Origin: Octopus vulgaris
Taxonomy: Eukaryota
Length of the DNA: 64,000 nucleotides
Direction: 5' to 3'
Assembly: GCA_951406725.2 (NCBI GenBank)
Contig: OX597819.1
Span: forward strand, 85,188,001-85,252,000
The notes beneath the pieces were generated by a model, which saw nothing but the letters and a program-made list of their open reading frames with translations, was not told the origin of the DNA and did not search any database. Positions 63,546 through 64,000 of the stretch are shown in pieces (the stretch's first letter is position 1; each line of letters starts with the position of its first letter). The translations under genes were made by a program, and so were the position numbers.

Positions 63546-64000
63546 GACGGGTTTCCACACAATTTTCGTCTACCATATTCACCCACAAAGGTTTGGTCAC
63601 CAGGATTTACTGGCATTTATTTTACCGACACCTTGGATGTGAAATCGAATTAGAATTTGATATAGAATTGGAAAACAACTGCAATTGGTGATGTGATGCG
63701 TCAGTAAAAGTACCTCCATTAAAATAATATAATGGTGTTTGGTTTTCATCCCTAGGTAAATTTTAATTATGCAGAGTGTATCATCTTAATAAATCGAGAC
63801 AATCAGTCACAGCAAACTAATATTTTCTTTCTACCCTTCAAAAGAAAGCCACATCTCAACAAAAACACAAAACATAAGTATTTTACTAGAAGCAAATAAA
63901 TGTAAACGAATGCAGAAAAAAAATAAAAACCACAATCATGCAACGAAAGAAATTTTTAAAAAATCACAAATTAAATAAAAACTAACAAAACGTTTTGATG

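Overview
AT-rich eukaryotic genomic DNA saturated with microsatellites ((TA)n, (CA)n, (TATC)n, (TATG)n) and transposon relics. The SINE repertoire suggests a cephalopod, probably Octopus (inference from repeat content only). I see no intact host gene. Most listed ORFs are microsatellite translations or TE fragments. TE content: Penelope-like elements (including a Naiad-type RT/GIY-YIG copy), R4/Dong, HERO, CR1-group and RTE LINE fragments, ORF1-only elements, hAT-Charlie and Tc1/mariner relics, a Gypsy integrase fragment, a probable Crypton-like element and several tRNA-derived SINE families. The main signal is about 20 minimal type I hammerhead ribozyme (HHR) motifs from several sequence families, many in inverted-plus-tandem arrays (units of 362, about 548 and 489 nt). 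They include a U3-A8 core family, a CUGUNGA family and a tRNA-headed SINE carrying an HHR and an inverted terminal copy. Also seen: scattered candidate exons of a decayed Ig-like membrane protein, a SINE-head/LINE chimera, a shared LINE/SINE 3' tail, and a 76-bp templated insertion in a hairpin tip. All calls were read by eye, no searches were run, and TE boundaries are approximate.
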